Positions 21,637 through 36,718 of a stretch of 64,000 nt of DNA are shown piece after piece. This stretch comes from Octopus sinensis (taxonomy: Eukaryota). A model generated the notes under the pieces. That model saw nothing but the letters and a program-made list of their open reading frames with translations. It had not been told where the DNA came from and searched no databases. The position numbers were made by a program, and so were the translations under genes. The stretch covers positions 39,432,001 to 39,496,000 of the forward strand of contig NC_043000.1 in assembly GCF_006345805.1 (NCBI RefSeq), given 5' to 3'. How positions within the stretch are numbered: position 1 is the stretch's first letter; every line of letters starts with the position of its first letter.

Positions 21637-24233
21637 ATATTTGATACAATATTTCAGTAGCGTCTTCCGGAAACCCTTAATGTATGGTGATAATCGTGGA
21701 ACATGTGCCGTGGAAGGGTCCTGAAATTAAAAGAAAATATATATACATGGTGAATATTCGTTTCCTCCAAAAGTTAATTAATTATATTATAGCTGAGGCA
21801 AGTTGTGAAAGAAGGAGTCCGAGGAGGACATGGGATGAAATATTGAGGGTTGTTCAGAAAACACTGAGTCGAACGAAGGACATGACAGAAGATTCAATGC
21901 AAAGGAGATGCAAAGGCTGCAGAGGAGGAAAAAGCTTCTATGCTCTGCTGGATGTGCAATGTCAGTTGCACATCATGCAATATTAGTGCGACAGAGCACC
22001 GATGCATTGAGAGAGAAGTTGAGCAGAAGATGAATTTTATGCAGCGTGCAAAGAGACGACTTCGCTGGTTTGGACATGCGATGCAGATGGATGAGGGAGT
22101 TGCATAAACAAGTGTTGATCACTTAAAATGGAGGTAAGTTGCTGAAGCGGGAGACCCAGGAAGATGTGGAACGTAGAAGTGAAGTTTGATCTCAAATATA
22201 GGAGAGAATTATCGGGCATAGGGGAATTATATGAAGTGTGCAATGGAGAAGACTGCGCAGGTTTAGTAATGCTGTGTGGATGAATGAGGGCACTGGATTA
22301 AAGAAGTGCCGATCGTATAAAGTAGAGGGAATTTGCGGAAGGGAGACCAAAGAAGGCATTGGATGAAGTATTGAAGGTGGATCATTACAGATGTGACAGA
22401 GAATCGAAATATAGGATACATTTTTACTAAGAAGACCCCAGTCATTAAGAGAATTGAGATCCTAAAACAAAAGTGCTACGTAAAAAGCATTAGTGTCGGT
22501 GATTTTGATATGTGAAAACCTCAGGTGCTGGTGCTACGTAAAAATCACTGGTGCCAGGGAGAAATCACTAGTGATGGTGCCACATAATAACAGACGTAGA
22601 GAAGTGGTTTACATGTTTATAACTGTCGTCGGTGTCATCTACGAGTATTATCCTCCATTTTGTGAGTTGATAGATGTGAAAACAGTCCGATCCTGGAATG
22701 GGATGTCCTTGAACAGAGGTGACAAAGTAAGTTGTCCATTATATTGGTGGTGAGTCTGAGATGACGTCACTTTACATCAAGTTTCTTACGTTGGATTAGT
22801 TCAAAAGAGTGCGGCTCCTTCGTCGCAGAAGGTGCACCAAGTTTGCCGGTTCAGAGCAATGTGTTCACATTGTGCCGGTTGAATGTTGCAGGAGTTGTGA
22901 AGATGCTTAAGACGGACCCTGAACATTTTCTGGGGTCCCCTGTATGGCCGAACACCAATTAACAGTGCTTTGAAGGAGGCCATTTTCGCTAAACGATTGT
23001 GAAGTATCCTGAACACCTGACCGACCCATCTTTGAAAACGGCGGTGGATGATGGCTTCAACACTGAAGATTTGTCATTGCTGGGGAATTTCTGTGTGGGG
23101 GACCTTATCTTTATAAGAAATGCAGAAATTCGTTGGAGACAATTGATGTGAAATGCCTCCCATTTCTTCACATGATGGCGGTGTAAGGTTCCGCATTCAC
23201 AGCCATACATTAAAAGCTAAAAGCTAAGAGTAAAAGAAAAACGCACAGAGAAAAAGAGGGTAAGCGAAGAGTGAGAGAGAAAGAGGGAGAGTTCTGTGTA
23301 TTTATTCAATAAAATCGTGCATAAAGTATATAAAATGTATATATAATGAGATTTACTTGTCACCGTCTTCCAATTTCCTTTACATTTCAATGATAAGATG
23401 AGCGACTGTCATTTGATACAGACAAAACACAGTTTTCAGAAATAACCCCAAGAGGTAACCCCATGAAATTTTCATGGTTTCGCTAGTTATTCTAAATCAG
23501 TCCTTCACTTTTCAAAGATTAGCAGATGTGCGATTATCTTTTGATACAGACAAAACATGGCTATACTTTCAACTCTTTTGGATAAAGTTATAAGAAACAA
23601 CCTAATAAGTGTCAATTATTTCCCTGAAATGTTCACGTCCAATTATGCATTGCTAGAAATAACAGCCAAAACATCTCTTAGCTACGATAAAGCACTTATC
23701 TTATGACAGATAAGGGAGGCATGCATACTACAGCATCCGAGACATAGAGAGATCATCAGTGATTTCGCATCTGATTCAGGATCGTCAGTGGCTCTTACCC
23801 GTTGCTCTAGTCTTAAGCTGGCTTCCCTTGTCTGTTTAAAAGGTTCACAGTAGTAATCTCACTCTGCTTTCATAAATGGTAAATTTGAAAATAATAAATT
23901 TATAAGGTGGATTATCCGCAATTTAGAAGTGGAAGGCAGAACTATAGATGCCACTAAACTGAGTAAGGGTTCTAGCTTACACCAGCATTGCTAGAAATAA
24001 CAGTCAAAACAAATCTTGCCCATGATATAACTCTAATCTACCAATCTATCTATCTACATACGTACATACATACATACATACAGACGCATATATATATACA
24101 TATATATATATGTGTATATATACACTCATTTATATATATGTACATATGTATTTTTACTTATATACATATATATTTATACATATATATATATATATATATA
24201 TTAAATTTAAGACAAAACCACTATTATGCAAAT

Positions 24234-24276
<43 letters not shown>

Positions 24277-24420
24277 TAAATTTGAGACAAATCCACTATA
24301 TGCAAATCAATATATATATTATTATATATATATATATATATATATTATATTAAATTAGAGACAAAACCACTATTATGCAAATCAATATATATGTATATAA
24401 TTATATATATATATATATAT
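21637..24420. repeat. ~2.8-kb segmental duplicate, copy 2
   Basis: Near-identical to 17580-20400. Confidence 0.95.
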
Positions 24421-24480
24421 ATATATCTGCATACATATATATATATATATTCGTATATATGATATATATACAAATAAATA

Positions 24481-24650
24481 TGTGGAGACACATGGCCTAG
24501 TGGTTGGAGCAGCAGACTCGCGGTCGAGGGATCCCGAGTTCAAATCCCAGACCAGGCGATGTGTATGTTTATGAGTGAAAACACGTAAGCTCCACGCAGC
24601 TCCAGCAGAAGTTAATTGCGAACTTCTGCTGACTCTTTCGCCCCAAATTA
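24481..24650 (+). mobile_element. tRNA-derived SINE (paralogue at ~47203-47370)
   Basis: A box TGGCCTAGTGG and B box GAGTTCAAATCC. Confidence 0.75.
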
Positions 24651-24676
24651 TCCTCCATCATTCCTCCTACATCAAG

Positions 24677-25090
24677 CAACCCTATATCTTATGTATATAT
24701 TCATACTTGTACGACTGTATATCTATGTTATGTGTATGTATCTTTCAATTATTTATGAATGGTTTACCCTCCTGTGGATTGGAATGCGTTTCTATTATCG
24801 CAAACCCTGAAATCTTAAGATGGGCAAGTGTCTTTTACTGTGGCCTGCGGCCGATCAAACATTATGAGTGGACTTTCAGTTTCTGATTACCAAGTCCACT
24901 CATAATGTTTGATCGGCCGCAGGCTACAGTAAAAGACATTTGCCTATCTTAAGATTTCAGGCTTTGCGATAATAGAAACGCATTCCAATCCACAGGAGGG
25001 TAAACCATTCATAAATAATTGAGAGATATATACACATAACATAGATATACAGTCGTACAAGTACGAATATATACATAAGATATAGGGCTG
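24677..25090. repeat. 414-bp near-perfect palindrome (MITE/fold-back-like)
   Basis: Arms of ~200 bp (CAACCCTATATCTTATG...GAGTGGACTT / AAGTCCACTC...CATAAGATATAGGGCTG) around a ~16-nt loop. Complete second copy at 47400-47813. Left-arm-truncated copies at ~27980, 31346, 34776 and 38105. Confidence 0.93.
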
Positions 25091-25750
25091 TCCACAATAC
25101 TTTGTTAATTCTTTCTGTCCATTTTCCTCGCATACAACCTTGTACTAACAGACCTATAATTAAATTAGTTTGTAGTCCAATTAGCATCTATTTCTAGCGT
25201 ACAAGTGTTGCCAATTAAGCGCCCTTTATTATAATTCTATTTTTATAAATGCAGTTCAATATATGTGTGAGTGTGTGTGGTGTGAGTGTGTGTGGTGTGA
25301 GTGTGTGTATGTGTATTTAATCAAAGGGTATTATATTATATATGGTAGTATGATTATGTGTGTTTGCATCCCTTGTGTGTGTGCGTATGTGTATATGTGT
25401 GCGTGTGTGTATGTGTGTGTGCGTATCTATCTTTCCTTTTTCGGTGCTGTTTGTGCTACTTTGTCTAAAAATCTCTAAAATTAACTTCGTTACGGTCTGT
25501 CTAAACCGTAGAACGTTTTAATTCCTCTAAGCAAATGAAACGCCCGAAATCTACAATAAATAACACTAGCCGGAAAAACAATGGCGAAACAGCCATGGGG
25601 TCTGGGCAGCTCTTCACTTGACCAGCTTCTGCCACTCAATTTAGTGCATGCCAGCAAATCTTTGTATTAAAGACATTTTTAAACCTGACGTAAAATATTG
25701 AATGCGATTCATGTTGCCTGGCATGAAGATGGGTTTTAAATGACTCCTAC

Positions 25751-25801
25751 CTTCAATTGAAGCAGCAATGTTTTCATTCGGCTGTGATTCTATCTCTCTT
25801 T
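25751..25801 (-). CDS. 51-nt phase-1 micro-exon 9: EREIESQPNENIAASIE
   Basis: Acceptor ...CTGTCTTATCTATTTTCAG|, donor AAG|GTAGGA. Confidence 0.75.
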
Positions 25802-26470
25802 CTGAAAATAGATAAGACAGAGACAGTCATTTAACAAAATAAATAAATGAGTAACATTTAATCGATATATATATATATACAAACCTTTCTACCGGAAGCA
25901 CAAGGGCTCAAAATTTCGGGGAAGAGATACGTGCGTAACTGGTACTTAATTTATCGGCCCCGAAAAGATGTAAGGAAAAGTTGACTTAGGCGGAATTTGA
26001 ACTCATCAATATATATAATAAAGGTTACAATACAATGAATATGTTTTTACTATAAATTATATGCAATTTGAACCAAGTTTAAGAAGCTTAATGCGAAATT
26101 CAAAATTGATAAATTTCCATTTGTTTAACGCACGGGGACGTTACAGAATTAGAGTCAAGGCTCGTTTCAACTCGACTCAACATTTTATTGCGACAAGCAC
26201 ATTTAGTGCTTGATCATTGATATTTTTGTATTTAATTCAAAGAATTTTTCTTGAACTGTAACCAACATCAAAATTGCCAAAAGTGTTACACAAAGGACAA
26301 TAAGCAATTAAATGGCAAGATATCAAAAGACCCTTTTTTCTAAAACCTTCCTTCTAATTATAAGGTTTCCAAATGAGCAGACACCATGGAATTTGCATAA
26401 ACATTGATAGTCTAATATAAAAGTTTCCATGTAAAGATATTATATTATTATTATTATTATTATTATCAAT

Positions 26471-26599
<129 letters not shown>

Positions 26600-27815
26600 T
26601 TTGTTGTGTGTTGTCATTGCATAACTTCCAAAGCTGGAGATGTACTACGGTGCTAGCTGTCCACTACCAGTGAACTAAGGTAACACCTCTAATTTTTCGC
26701 GACCACCATCCGGAGTATTCGAGTGCTTCCAAGCAGTACTGTTTTCTGCAAGTGCTCTACACTTATTGCAGCCCCTATTTGTTCCATGTACTTCTCAAGA
26801 TTTATACTCCCTGTTCGCAGGGCTCTAACAATTATTTTTACTACTAGCACCTTGTTCATCGACCACAACTGCTTAACCTCCCAAGCTAACCTGTCATATC
26901 TACTGATTTTTCTTTCTTCATTGTTGTCAGCTGGGCTTGCTATATCTATGATCCAGCATCATTTGCTTTCTTTCTCAATTAAAATTATGTCTGGCTACCC
27001 ACTCTCTATGTCATGGACGCACTGAATAATAAAATCCCATAGGTTCTTTGCATTATCATTTTCGATAATGCGTTCGGGTTTATGTTCGTACCACTTTTTT
27101 GCTCTGTCAAGCACATGCTTTTTTGCAAAGTGTCCAGCGGTCATTCCTTTGTAGAATCTCTTCTGATCTACACTGAATATCCTTTTCCGTTGGTGGACCT
27201 TCAGTCTTTGATTATATCTTACGATCTTTGCTTTCTCTGCAACGTAACGCCGTGTCAGTTCCTCCATTACCAGTTTCATGCCATTTCTCTAAATATCATA
27301 CCTCCTGTTCAGTGCCATGTATTTTTCTTCGCTAATAAACTCCCCGTTCTCGTTCCCGACCAAACCAGAAATGTCCTTCTAGAGCATACCTAACCCCGCC
27401 TGTATTCTTCTTTTCCACCATAAATAATTTCTTTTGTCAATCTCATTATATTTCTTTTTCTTGATATCACCACCCACATTTTTAGATACAACAATATTTT
27501 TATTATCATTATTCAGTAGATTTATTTTTATAGCGTGCTTTCACTTCACTACCGAGCGCAGCTCTGTGTGCCTTAGGTATGTGCTGTGATTTGATGTGAT
27601 GCTCTGATGGTTATTGTATGGAAAGTGTTCTGCGTAGGATGTGTGCAGTGCCTAGTAGTGCAATTTTCTATATGTTATATGTGTTTGTAAGTCCTGGTGT
27701 TTTTGTTATGTATTTGTCTGAATATTTTTTTATCATGCCTAATGCACCTACTATGATAGGAATTGTTTCTGTTTTCAGATTCCACATTCTGGTTACCTCT
27801 ATTTCCAGGTCTTTG

Positions 27816-27853
<38 letters not shown>

Positions 27854-28808
27854 GTTTTTTCCTTCTTTCTTCAAATTTTCTTCCGTTTCTCGTCGAATGT
27901 TTTCCATACACCTTGGGCAGAGAAGCTCATTGTATGCATTCCAGATTACACGCGCAAATTCACAGATAAAATATGTATTTTAATGGTTTACCCTCCTGTG
28001 GATCGGAATGCGTTTCTTATTATCGCAAACCCTGAAATCTAAGATGGGCAAGTGTCTTTTACTGTGGCCTGCGGCCGATCAAACATTATGAGTGGACTTT
28101 CAGTTTCTGTTTACCAAGTCCACTCATAATGTTTGATCGGCCGCAGGCTACAGTAAAAGACATTTGCCTTTCTTAAGATTTCAGGGTTTGCGATAATAGA
28201 AATGCATTCCAATCCACAGGAGGGTAAACCAATCATAAATAATTGAGAGATATATACACATAACATAGATATAGTCGTACAAGTACGAATATATACATAA
28301 GATATAGGGCTGTCTACAATACTTTAATTCTTTCTGTCCATTTTCCTCGCATACAACCTTGTACTAACAGACGTATAATTGAATTAGTTTGTAGTCCAAT
28401 TAGCATCTATTTCTAGCGTACAAGTGTTGCCAAATCAGCGCCCTTTATTATTGTATTTTTATATAATGCAGTTCAATATATATGTGTGAGTGTGTGTATG
28501 TGTATTTAATCAAAGGGTATTTTATTATATATTGTAGTATGATTATGTGTGTTTGCACCCCTTGTGTGTGTGCGTATGCATATATGTGTGCGTGTGTGTA
28601 TGTGTATATGTGTGCGTGTGTGCATATGTGTGTGCGTATCTATTTTTCCTTTTTCGGAGCTGTTTGTGCTATTTTCTCTAAAAATCTCTAAAATAATAAT
28701 AATATTAACAATAACCATCAGAGCATCACATCAAACCACAGCACATAACCAAGGCACACAGAGCAGCGCTCGGTAGTGAAGTGAAAGCACGCTATAAAAA
28801 TAAAACTA

Positions 28809-28860
<52 letters not shown>

Positions 28861-29061
28861 TATAACAAGTATAAATATAACAAGTAACTGCAGAATATGT
28901 GGAGATGGACAAGAAACAATAAATCATATTATCTCTGCCACTCTGCCATCAATTTAACGCATGCCAGCAAATCTTTGTATTAAAGATATTTTTAAACCTG
29001 ACGTAAAATATTGAATGCGATTTGTTGCCTGGCATGAAGATGGGTTTTAAATGACTCCTAC

Positions 29062-29112
29062 CTTCAATTGAAGCAGGAATGTTTTCATTCGGCTGTGACT
29101 CTCTCTCTCTTT
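29062..29112 (-). CDS. 51-nt phase-1 micro-exon 8: ERERESQPNENIPASIE
   Basis: TTTTCAG| acceptor, AAG|GTAGGA donor. Confidence 0.75.
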
Positions 29113-29773
29113 CTGAAAATAGATAAGACAGAGACAGTCATTTAACAAAATTAATAAATGAGTAACATTTCATCGACATATATATATATACAAACCTTTC
29201 TACCGGAAGCACAAGGGCTCAAAATTTCGGGGAAGAGTTACGTGCGTAACTGGTACTTTATTTATCGGCCCCGAAAAGATGAAAGGGAAAGGTGACTTAG
29301 GCGGAATTTGAACTCATCAATATATATAATTACGGTTACAATACAATGAATATTTTTTTACTATAAATTATATGCAATTTGAACCAAGTTTAAGAAGCTT
29401 AATGCGAAATTCAAAATTGATAAATTTCCATTTGTTTAACGCACGGGGAGGTTACAGAATTAGAGTCAAGGCTCGTTTCAACTCGATTCAACATTTTATT
29501 GCGACAAGCCCATTTAGTGCTTGATCATTGATATTTTTGTATTTAATTCAAAGAACTTCTCATGAATTGTAAGCAACATCAAAATTGCCAAAGAGTTACA
29601 CAAAGGACAATAAGCAATACCTTATTAAATGGCAAGATATCAAAAGACCCTTTTTCTAAAACCTTCCTTCTAATTATAAGGTTTCCAAATGAGCAGACAC
29701 CATGGAATTTGCATAGACCTTGATAGTCTTATATAAAAGTTTCCATGTAAAGATATTATATTATTATTATCAA

Positions 29774-29893
<120 letters not shown>

Positions 29894-29926
29894 GTTGTTG
29901 TTGTTGTTGTTGTGTTGTTTGTTGTT

Positions 29927-29961
<35 letters not shown>

Positions 29962-31178
29962 TTTGTTGTGTGTTGTCATTGCATAACTTCCAAAGCTGGA
30001 GATGTACTACGGTGCTAGCTGTCCACTACCAGTGAACTAAGGTAACACCTCTAATTTTTCGACCACCATCCGGAGTATTCGAGTGCTTCCAAGCAGTACT
30101 GTTTTCTGCAAGTGCTCTACACTTATTGCAGCCCCTATTTGTTCCATGTACTTCTCAAGATTTATACTCCCTGTTCGCAGGGCTCTAACAATTATTTTTA
30201 CTACTAGCACCTTGTTCATCGACCACAACTGCTTAACCTCCCAAGCTAACCTGTCATATCTACTGATTTTTCTTTCTTCATTGTTGTCAGCTGGGCTTGC
30301 TATATCTATGATCCAGCATCATTTGCTTTCTTTCTCAATTAAAATTATGTCTGGCTACCCACTCTCTATGTCATGGACGCACTGAATAATAAAATCCCAT
30401 AGGTTCTTTGCATTATCATTTTCGATAATGCGTTCGGGTTTATGTTCGTACCACTTTTTTGCTCTGTCAAGCACATGCTTTTTTGCAAAGTGTCCAGCGA
30501 GCGTCATTCCTTTGTAGAATCTCTTCTGATCTACACTGAATATCCTTTTCCGTTGGTGGACCTTCAGTCTTTGATTATATCTTACGATCTTTGCTTTCTC
30601 TGCAACGTAACGCGCCGTGTCAGTTCCTCCATTACCGTTTCATGCCATTTCTCTAAATATCATACCTCCTGTTCAGTGCCATGTATTTTTCTTCGCTAAT
30701 AAACTCCCCGTTCTCGTTCCCGACCAAACCAGAAATGTCCTTCTAGAGCATACCTAACCCCGCCTGTATTCTCTTTTCCACCATAAATAATTTCTTTTGT
30801 CAATCTCATTATATTTCTTTTTCTTGATATCACCACCCACATTTTTAGATACAACAATATTTTTATTATCATTATTCAGTAGATTTATTTTTATAGCGTG
30901 CTTTCACTTCACTACCGAGCGCAGCTCTGTGTGCCTTAGGTATGTGCTGTGATTTGATGTGATGCTCTGATGGTTATTGTATGGAAAGTGTTCTGCGTAG
31001 GATGTGTGCAGTGCCTAGTAGTGCAATTTTCTATATGTTATATGTGTTTGTAAGTCCTGGTGTTTTTGTTATGTATTTGTCTGAATATTTTTTTATCATG
31101 CCTAATGCACCTACTATGATAGGAATTGTTTCTGTTTTCAGATTCCACATTCTGGTTACCTCTATTTCCAGGTCTTTG

Positions 31179-31216
<38 letters not shown>

Positions 31217-32171
31217 GTTTTTTCCTTCTTTCTTCAAATTTTCTTCCGTTTCTCGTCGAATGTTTTCCATACACCTTGGGCAGAGAAGCTCATTGTATGC
31301 ATTCCCAGATTACACGCGCAAATTCACAGATAAAATATGTATTTAAATGGTTTACCCTCCTGTGGATCGGAATGCGTTTCTATTATCGCAAACCCTGAAT
31401 CTTAAGATGGGCAAGTGTCTTTTACTGTGGCCTGCGGCCGATCAAACATTATGAGTGGACTTTCAGTTTCTGTTTACCAAGTCCACTCATAATGTTTGAT
31501 CGGCCGCAGGCTACAGTAAAAGACATTTGCCTTTCTTAAGATTTCAGGGTTTGCGATAATAGAAATGCATTCCATCCACAGGAGGTAAACCAATCATAAA
31601 TAATTGAGAGATATATACACATAACATAGATATAGTCGTACAAGTACGAATATATACATAAGATATAGGGCTGTCTACAATACTTTAATTCTTTCTGTCC
31701 ATTTTCCTCGCATACAACCTTGTACTAACAGACGTATAATTGAATTAGTTTGTAGTCCAATTAGCATCTATTTCTAGCGTACAAGTGTTGCCAAATCAGC
31801 GCCCTTTATTATAATTGTATTTTTATAAATGCAGTTCAATATATATGTGTGAGTGTGTGTATGTGTATTTAATCAAAGGGTATTTTATTATATATTGTAG
31901 TATGATTATGTGTGTTTGCACCCCTTGTGTGTGTGCGTATGCATATATGTGTGCGTGTGTGTATGTGTATATGTGTGCGTGTGTGCATATGTGTGTGCGT
32001 ATCTATTTTTCCTTTTTCGGAGCTGTTTGTGCTATTTTCTCTAAAAATCTCTAAAATAATAATAATATTAACAATAACCATCAGAGCATCACATCAAACC
32101 ACAGCACATAACCAAGGCACACAGAGCAGCGCTCGGTAGTGAAGTGAAAGCACGCTATAAAAATAAAACTA

Positions 32172-32217
<46 letters not shown>

Positions 32218-32413
32218 TATAACAAGTATAAATATAACAAGTAACTGCAGAATATGTGGAGATGGACAAGAAACAATAAATCATATTATCTCTGCCACTC
32301 AATTTAACGCATGCCAGCAAATCTTTGTATTAAAGATATTTTTAAACCTGACGTAAAATATTGAATGCGATTCATGTTGCCTGGCATGAAGATGGGTTTT
32401 AAATGACTCCTAC

Positions 32414-32464
32414 CTTCAATTGAAGCAGGAATGTTTTCATTCGGCTGTGACTCTCTCTCTCTTT
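32414..32464 (-). CDS. 51-nt phase-1 micro-exon 7: ERERESQPNENIPASIE
   Basis: TTTTCAG| acceptor, AAG|GTAGGA donor. Confidence 0.75.
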
Positions 32465-33188
32465 CTGAAAATAGATAAGACAGAGACAGTCATTTAACAA
32501 AATTATAAATGAGTAACATTTCATCGACATATATATATACAAACCTTTCTACCGGAAGCACAAGGGCTCAAAATTTCGGGGAAGAGTTACGTGCGTAACT
32601 GGTACTTTATTTATCGGCCCCGAAAAGATGAAAGGGAAAGTGACTTAGGCGGAATTTGAACTCATCAATATATATAATTACGGTTACAATACAATGATAT
32701 TTTTTTTACTATAAATTATATGCAATTTGAACCAAGTTTAAGAAGCTTAATGCGAAATTCAAAATTGATAAATTTCCATTTGTTTAACGCACGGGGAGGT
32801 TACAGAATTAGAGTCAAGGCTCGTTTCAACTCGATTCAACATTTTATTGCGACAAGCCCATTTAGTGCTTGATCATTGATATTTTTGTATTTAATTCAAA
32901 GAACTTCTCATGAATTGTAAGCAACATCAAAATTGCCAAAGAGTTACACAAAGGACAATAAGCAATACCTTATTAAATGGCAAGATATCAAAAGACCCTT
33001 TTTCTAAAACCTTCCTTCTAATTATAAGGTTTCCAAATGAGCAGACACCATGGAATTTGCATAGACCTTGATAGTCTTATATAAAAGTTTCCATGTAAAG
33101 ATATTATATTATTATTATCAATGTTGTGTTTTTGTTGTTGTTGTTTTTGTTGTGTTGTTGTTGTTGTTGTGTTGTGTTGTTGTTGTTG

Positions 33189-33279
<91 letters not shown>

Positions 33280-33304
33280 GTTGTTGTTGTTGTTGTTGTT
33301 GTTG

Positions 33305-33346
<42 letters not shown>

Positions 33347-34608
33347 GTTGTTGTTGTTGTTGTTGTTGCTGCTGCTGCTGCTGCTGTTTTTGTTGTGTGT
33401 TGTCATTGCATAACTTCCAAAGCTGGAGATGTACTACGGTGCTAGCTGTCCACTACCAGTGAACTAAGGTAACACCTCTAATTTTTCGACCACCATCCGG
33501 AGTATTCGAGTGCTTCCAAGCAGTACTGTTTTCTGCAAGTGCTCTACACTTATTGCAGCCCCTATTTGTTCCATGTACTTCTCAAGATTTATACTCCCTG
33601 TTCGCAGGGCTCTAACAATTATTTTTACTACTAGCACCTTGTTCATCGACCACAACTGCTTAACCTCCCAAGCTAACCTGTCATATCTACTGATTTTTCT
33701 TTCTTCATTGTTGTCAGCTGGGCTTGCTATATCTATGATCCAGCATCATTTGCTTTCTTTCTCAATTAAAATTATGTCTGGCTACCCACTCTCTATGTCA
33801 TGGACGCACTGAATAATAAAATCCCATAGGTTCTTTGCATTATCATTTTCGATAATGCGTTCGGGTTTATGTTCGTACCACTTTTTTGCTCTGTCAAGCA
33901 CATGCTTTTTGCAAAGTGTCCAGCGGTCATTCCTTTGTAGAATCTCTTCTGATCTACACACTGAATATCCTTTTCCGTTGGTGGACCTTCAGTCTTTGAT
34001 TATATCTTACGATCTTTGCTTTCTCTGCAACGTAACGCCGTGTCAGTTCCTCCATTACCAGTTTCATGCCATTTCTCTAAATATCATACCTCCTGTTCAG
34101 TGCCATGTATTTTTCTTCGCTAATAAACTCCCCGTTCTCGTTCCCGACCAAACCAGAAATGTCCTTCTAGAGCATACCTAACCCCGCCTGTATTCTTCTT
34201 TTCCCCATAAATAATTTCTTTTGTCAATCTCATTATATTTCTTTTTCTTGATATCACCACCCACATTTTTAGATACAACAATATTTTTATTATCATTATT
34301 CAGTAGATTTATTTTTATAGCGTGCTTTCACTTCACTACCGAGCGCAGCTCTGTGTGCCTTAGGTATGTGCTGTGATTTGATGTGATGCTCTGATGGTTA
34401 TTGTATGGAAAGTGTTCTGCGTAGGATGTGTGCAGTGCCTAGTAGTGCAATTTTCTATATGTTATATGTGTTTGTAAGTCCTGGTGTTTTTGTTATGTAT
34501 TTGTCTGATATTTTTTTATCATTTTTAATGCCTAATGCACCTACTATGATAGGAATTGTTTCTGTTTTCAGATTCCACATTCTGGTTACCTCTATTTCCA
34601 GGTCTTTG

Positions 34609-34646
<38 letters not shown>

Positions 34647-35601
34647 GTTTTTTCCTTCTTTCTTCAAATTTTCTTCCGTTTCTCGTCGAATGTTTTCCAT
34701 ACACCTTGGGCAGAGAAGCTCATTGTATGCATTCCCAGATTACACGCGCAAATTCACAGATAAAATATGTATTTAAATGGTTTACCCTCCTGTGGATTGG
34801 AATGCGTTTCTATTATCGCAAACCCTGAAATCTTAAGATGGGCAAGTGTCTTTTACTGTGGCCTGCGGCCGATCAAACATTATGAGTGGACTTTCAGTTT
34901 CTGTTTACCAAGTCCACTCATAATGTTTGATCGGCCGCAGGCTACAGTAAAAGACATTTGCCTTTCTTAAGATTTCAGGGTTTGCGATAATAGAAATGCA
35001 TTCCAATCCACAGGAGGGTAACCCAATCATAAATAATTGAGAGATATAACACATAACATAGATATAGTCGTACAAGTACGAATATATACATAAGATATAG
35101 GGCTGTCTACAACTTTAATTCTTTCTGTCCATTTTCCTCGCATACAACCTTGTACTAACAGACGTATAATTGAATTAGTTTGTAGTCCAATTAGCATCTA
35201 TTTCTAGCGTACAAGTGTTGCCAAATCAGCGCCCTTTATTATAATTGTATTTTTATAAATGCAGTTCAATATATATGTGTGAGTGTGTGTATGTGTATTT
35301 AATCAAAGGGTATTTTATTATATATTGTAGTATGATTATGTGTGTTTGCACCCCTTGTGTGTGTGCGTATGTGTATATGTGTGCGTGTGTGTATGTGTAT
35401 ATGTGTGCGTGTGTGCATATGTGTGTGCGTATCTATTTTTCCTTTTTCGGAGCTGTTTGTGCTATTTTCTCTAAAAATCTCTAAAATAATAATAATATTA
35501 ACAATAACCATCAGAGCATCACATCAAACCACAGCACATAACCAAGGCACACAGAGCAGCGCTCGGTAGTGAAGTGAAAGCACGCTATAAAAATAAAACT
35601 A

Positions 35602-35641
<40 letters not shown>

Positions 35642-35837
35642 TTATAACAAGTATAAATATAACAAGTAACTGCAGAATATGTGGAGATGGACAAGAAACA
35701 ATAATCATATTATCTCTGCCACTCAATTTAACGCATGCCAGCAAATCTTTGTATTAAAGATATTTTTAAACCTGACGTAAAATATTGAATGCGATTCATG
35801 TTGCCTGGCATGAAGATGGGTTTTAAATGACTCCTAC

Positions 35838-35888
35838 CTTCAATTGAAGCAGGAATGTTTTCATTCGGCTGTGACTCTCTCTCTCTTT
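35838..35888 (-). CDS. 51-nt phase-1 micro-exon 6: ERERESQPNENIPASIE
   Basis: TTTTCAG| acceptor, AAG|GTAGGA donor. Confidence 0.75.
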
Positions 35889-36563
35889 CTGAAAATAGAT
35901 AAGACAGAGACAGTCATTTAAAAAAATTAATAAATGAGTAACATTTCATCGACATATATATATATACAAACCTTTCTACCGGAAGCACAAGGGCTCAAAA
36001 TTTCGGGGAAGAGTTACGTGCGTAACTGGTACTTTATTTATCGGCCCCGAAAAGATGAAAGGGAAAGGTGACTTAGGCGGAATTTGAACTCATCAATATA
36101 TATAATTACGGTTACAATACAATGAATATTTTTTTACTATAAATTATATGCAATTTGAACCAAGTTTAAGAAGCTTAATGCGAAATTCAAAATTGATAAA
36201 TTTCCATTTGTTTAACGCACGGGGAGGTTACAGAATTAGAGTCAAGGCTCGTTTCAACTCGATTCAACATTTTATTGCGACAAGCACATTTAGTGCTTGA
36301 TCATTGATATTTTTGTATTTAATTCAAAGAACTTCTCATGAATTGTAAGCAACATCAAAATTGCCAAAAGAGTTACACAAAGGACAATAAGCAATACCTT
36401 ATTAAATGGCAAGATATCAAAAGACCCTTTTTCTAAAACCTTCCTTCTAATTATAAGGTTTCCAAATGAGCAGACACCATGGAATTTGCATAGACCTTGA
36501 TAGTCTTATATAAAAGTTTCCATGTAAAGATATTATATCATTATTATTATTATTATCAATATT

Positions 36564-36718
<155 letters not shown>

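Noticed and set aside
23352-23372. 21-nt minus-strand mini-exon (GNWKTVT)
   Set aside because: The acceptor is purine-rich and weak, and the GT donor is absent in the duplicate at ~19300.
24481-24570. tRNA-like sequence (also ~5056 and ~47203)
   Set aside because: It has A and B boxes but no complete cloverleaf, and it runs into a repeat body, so it is a SINE head.
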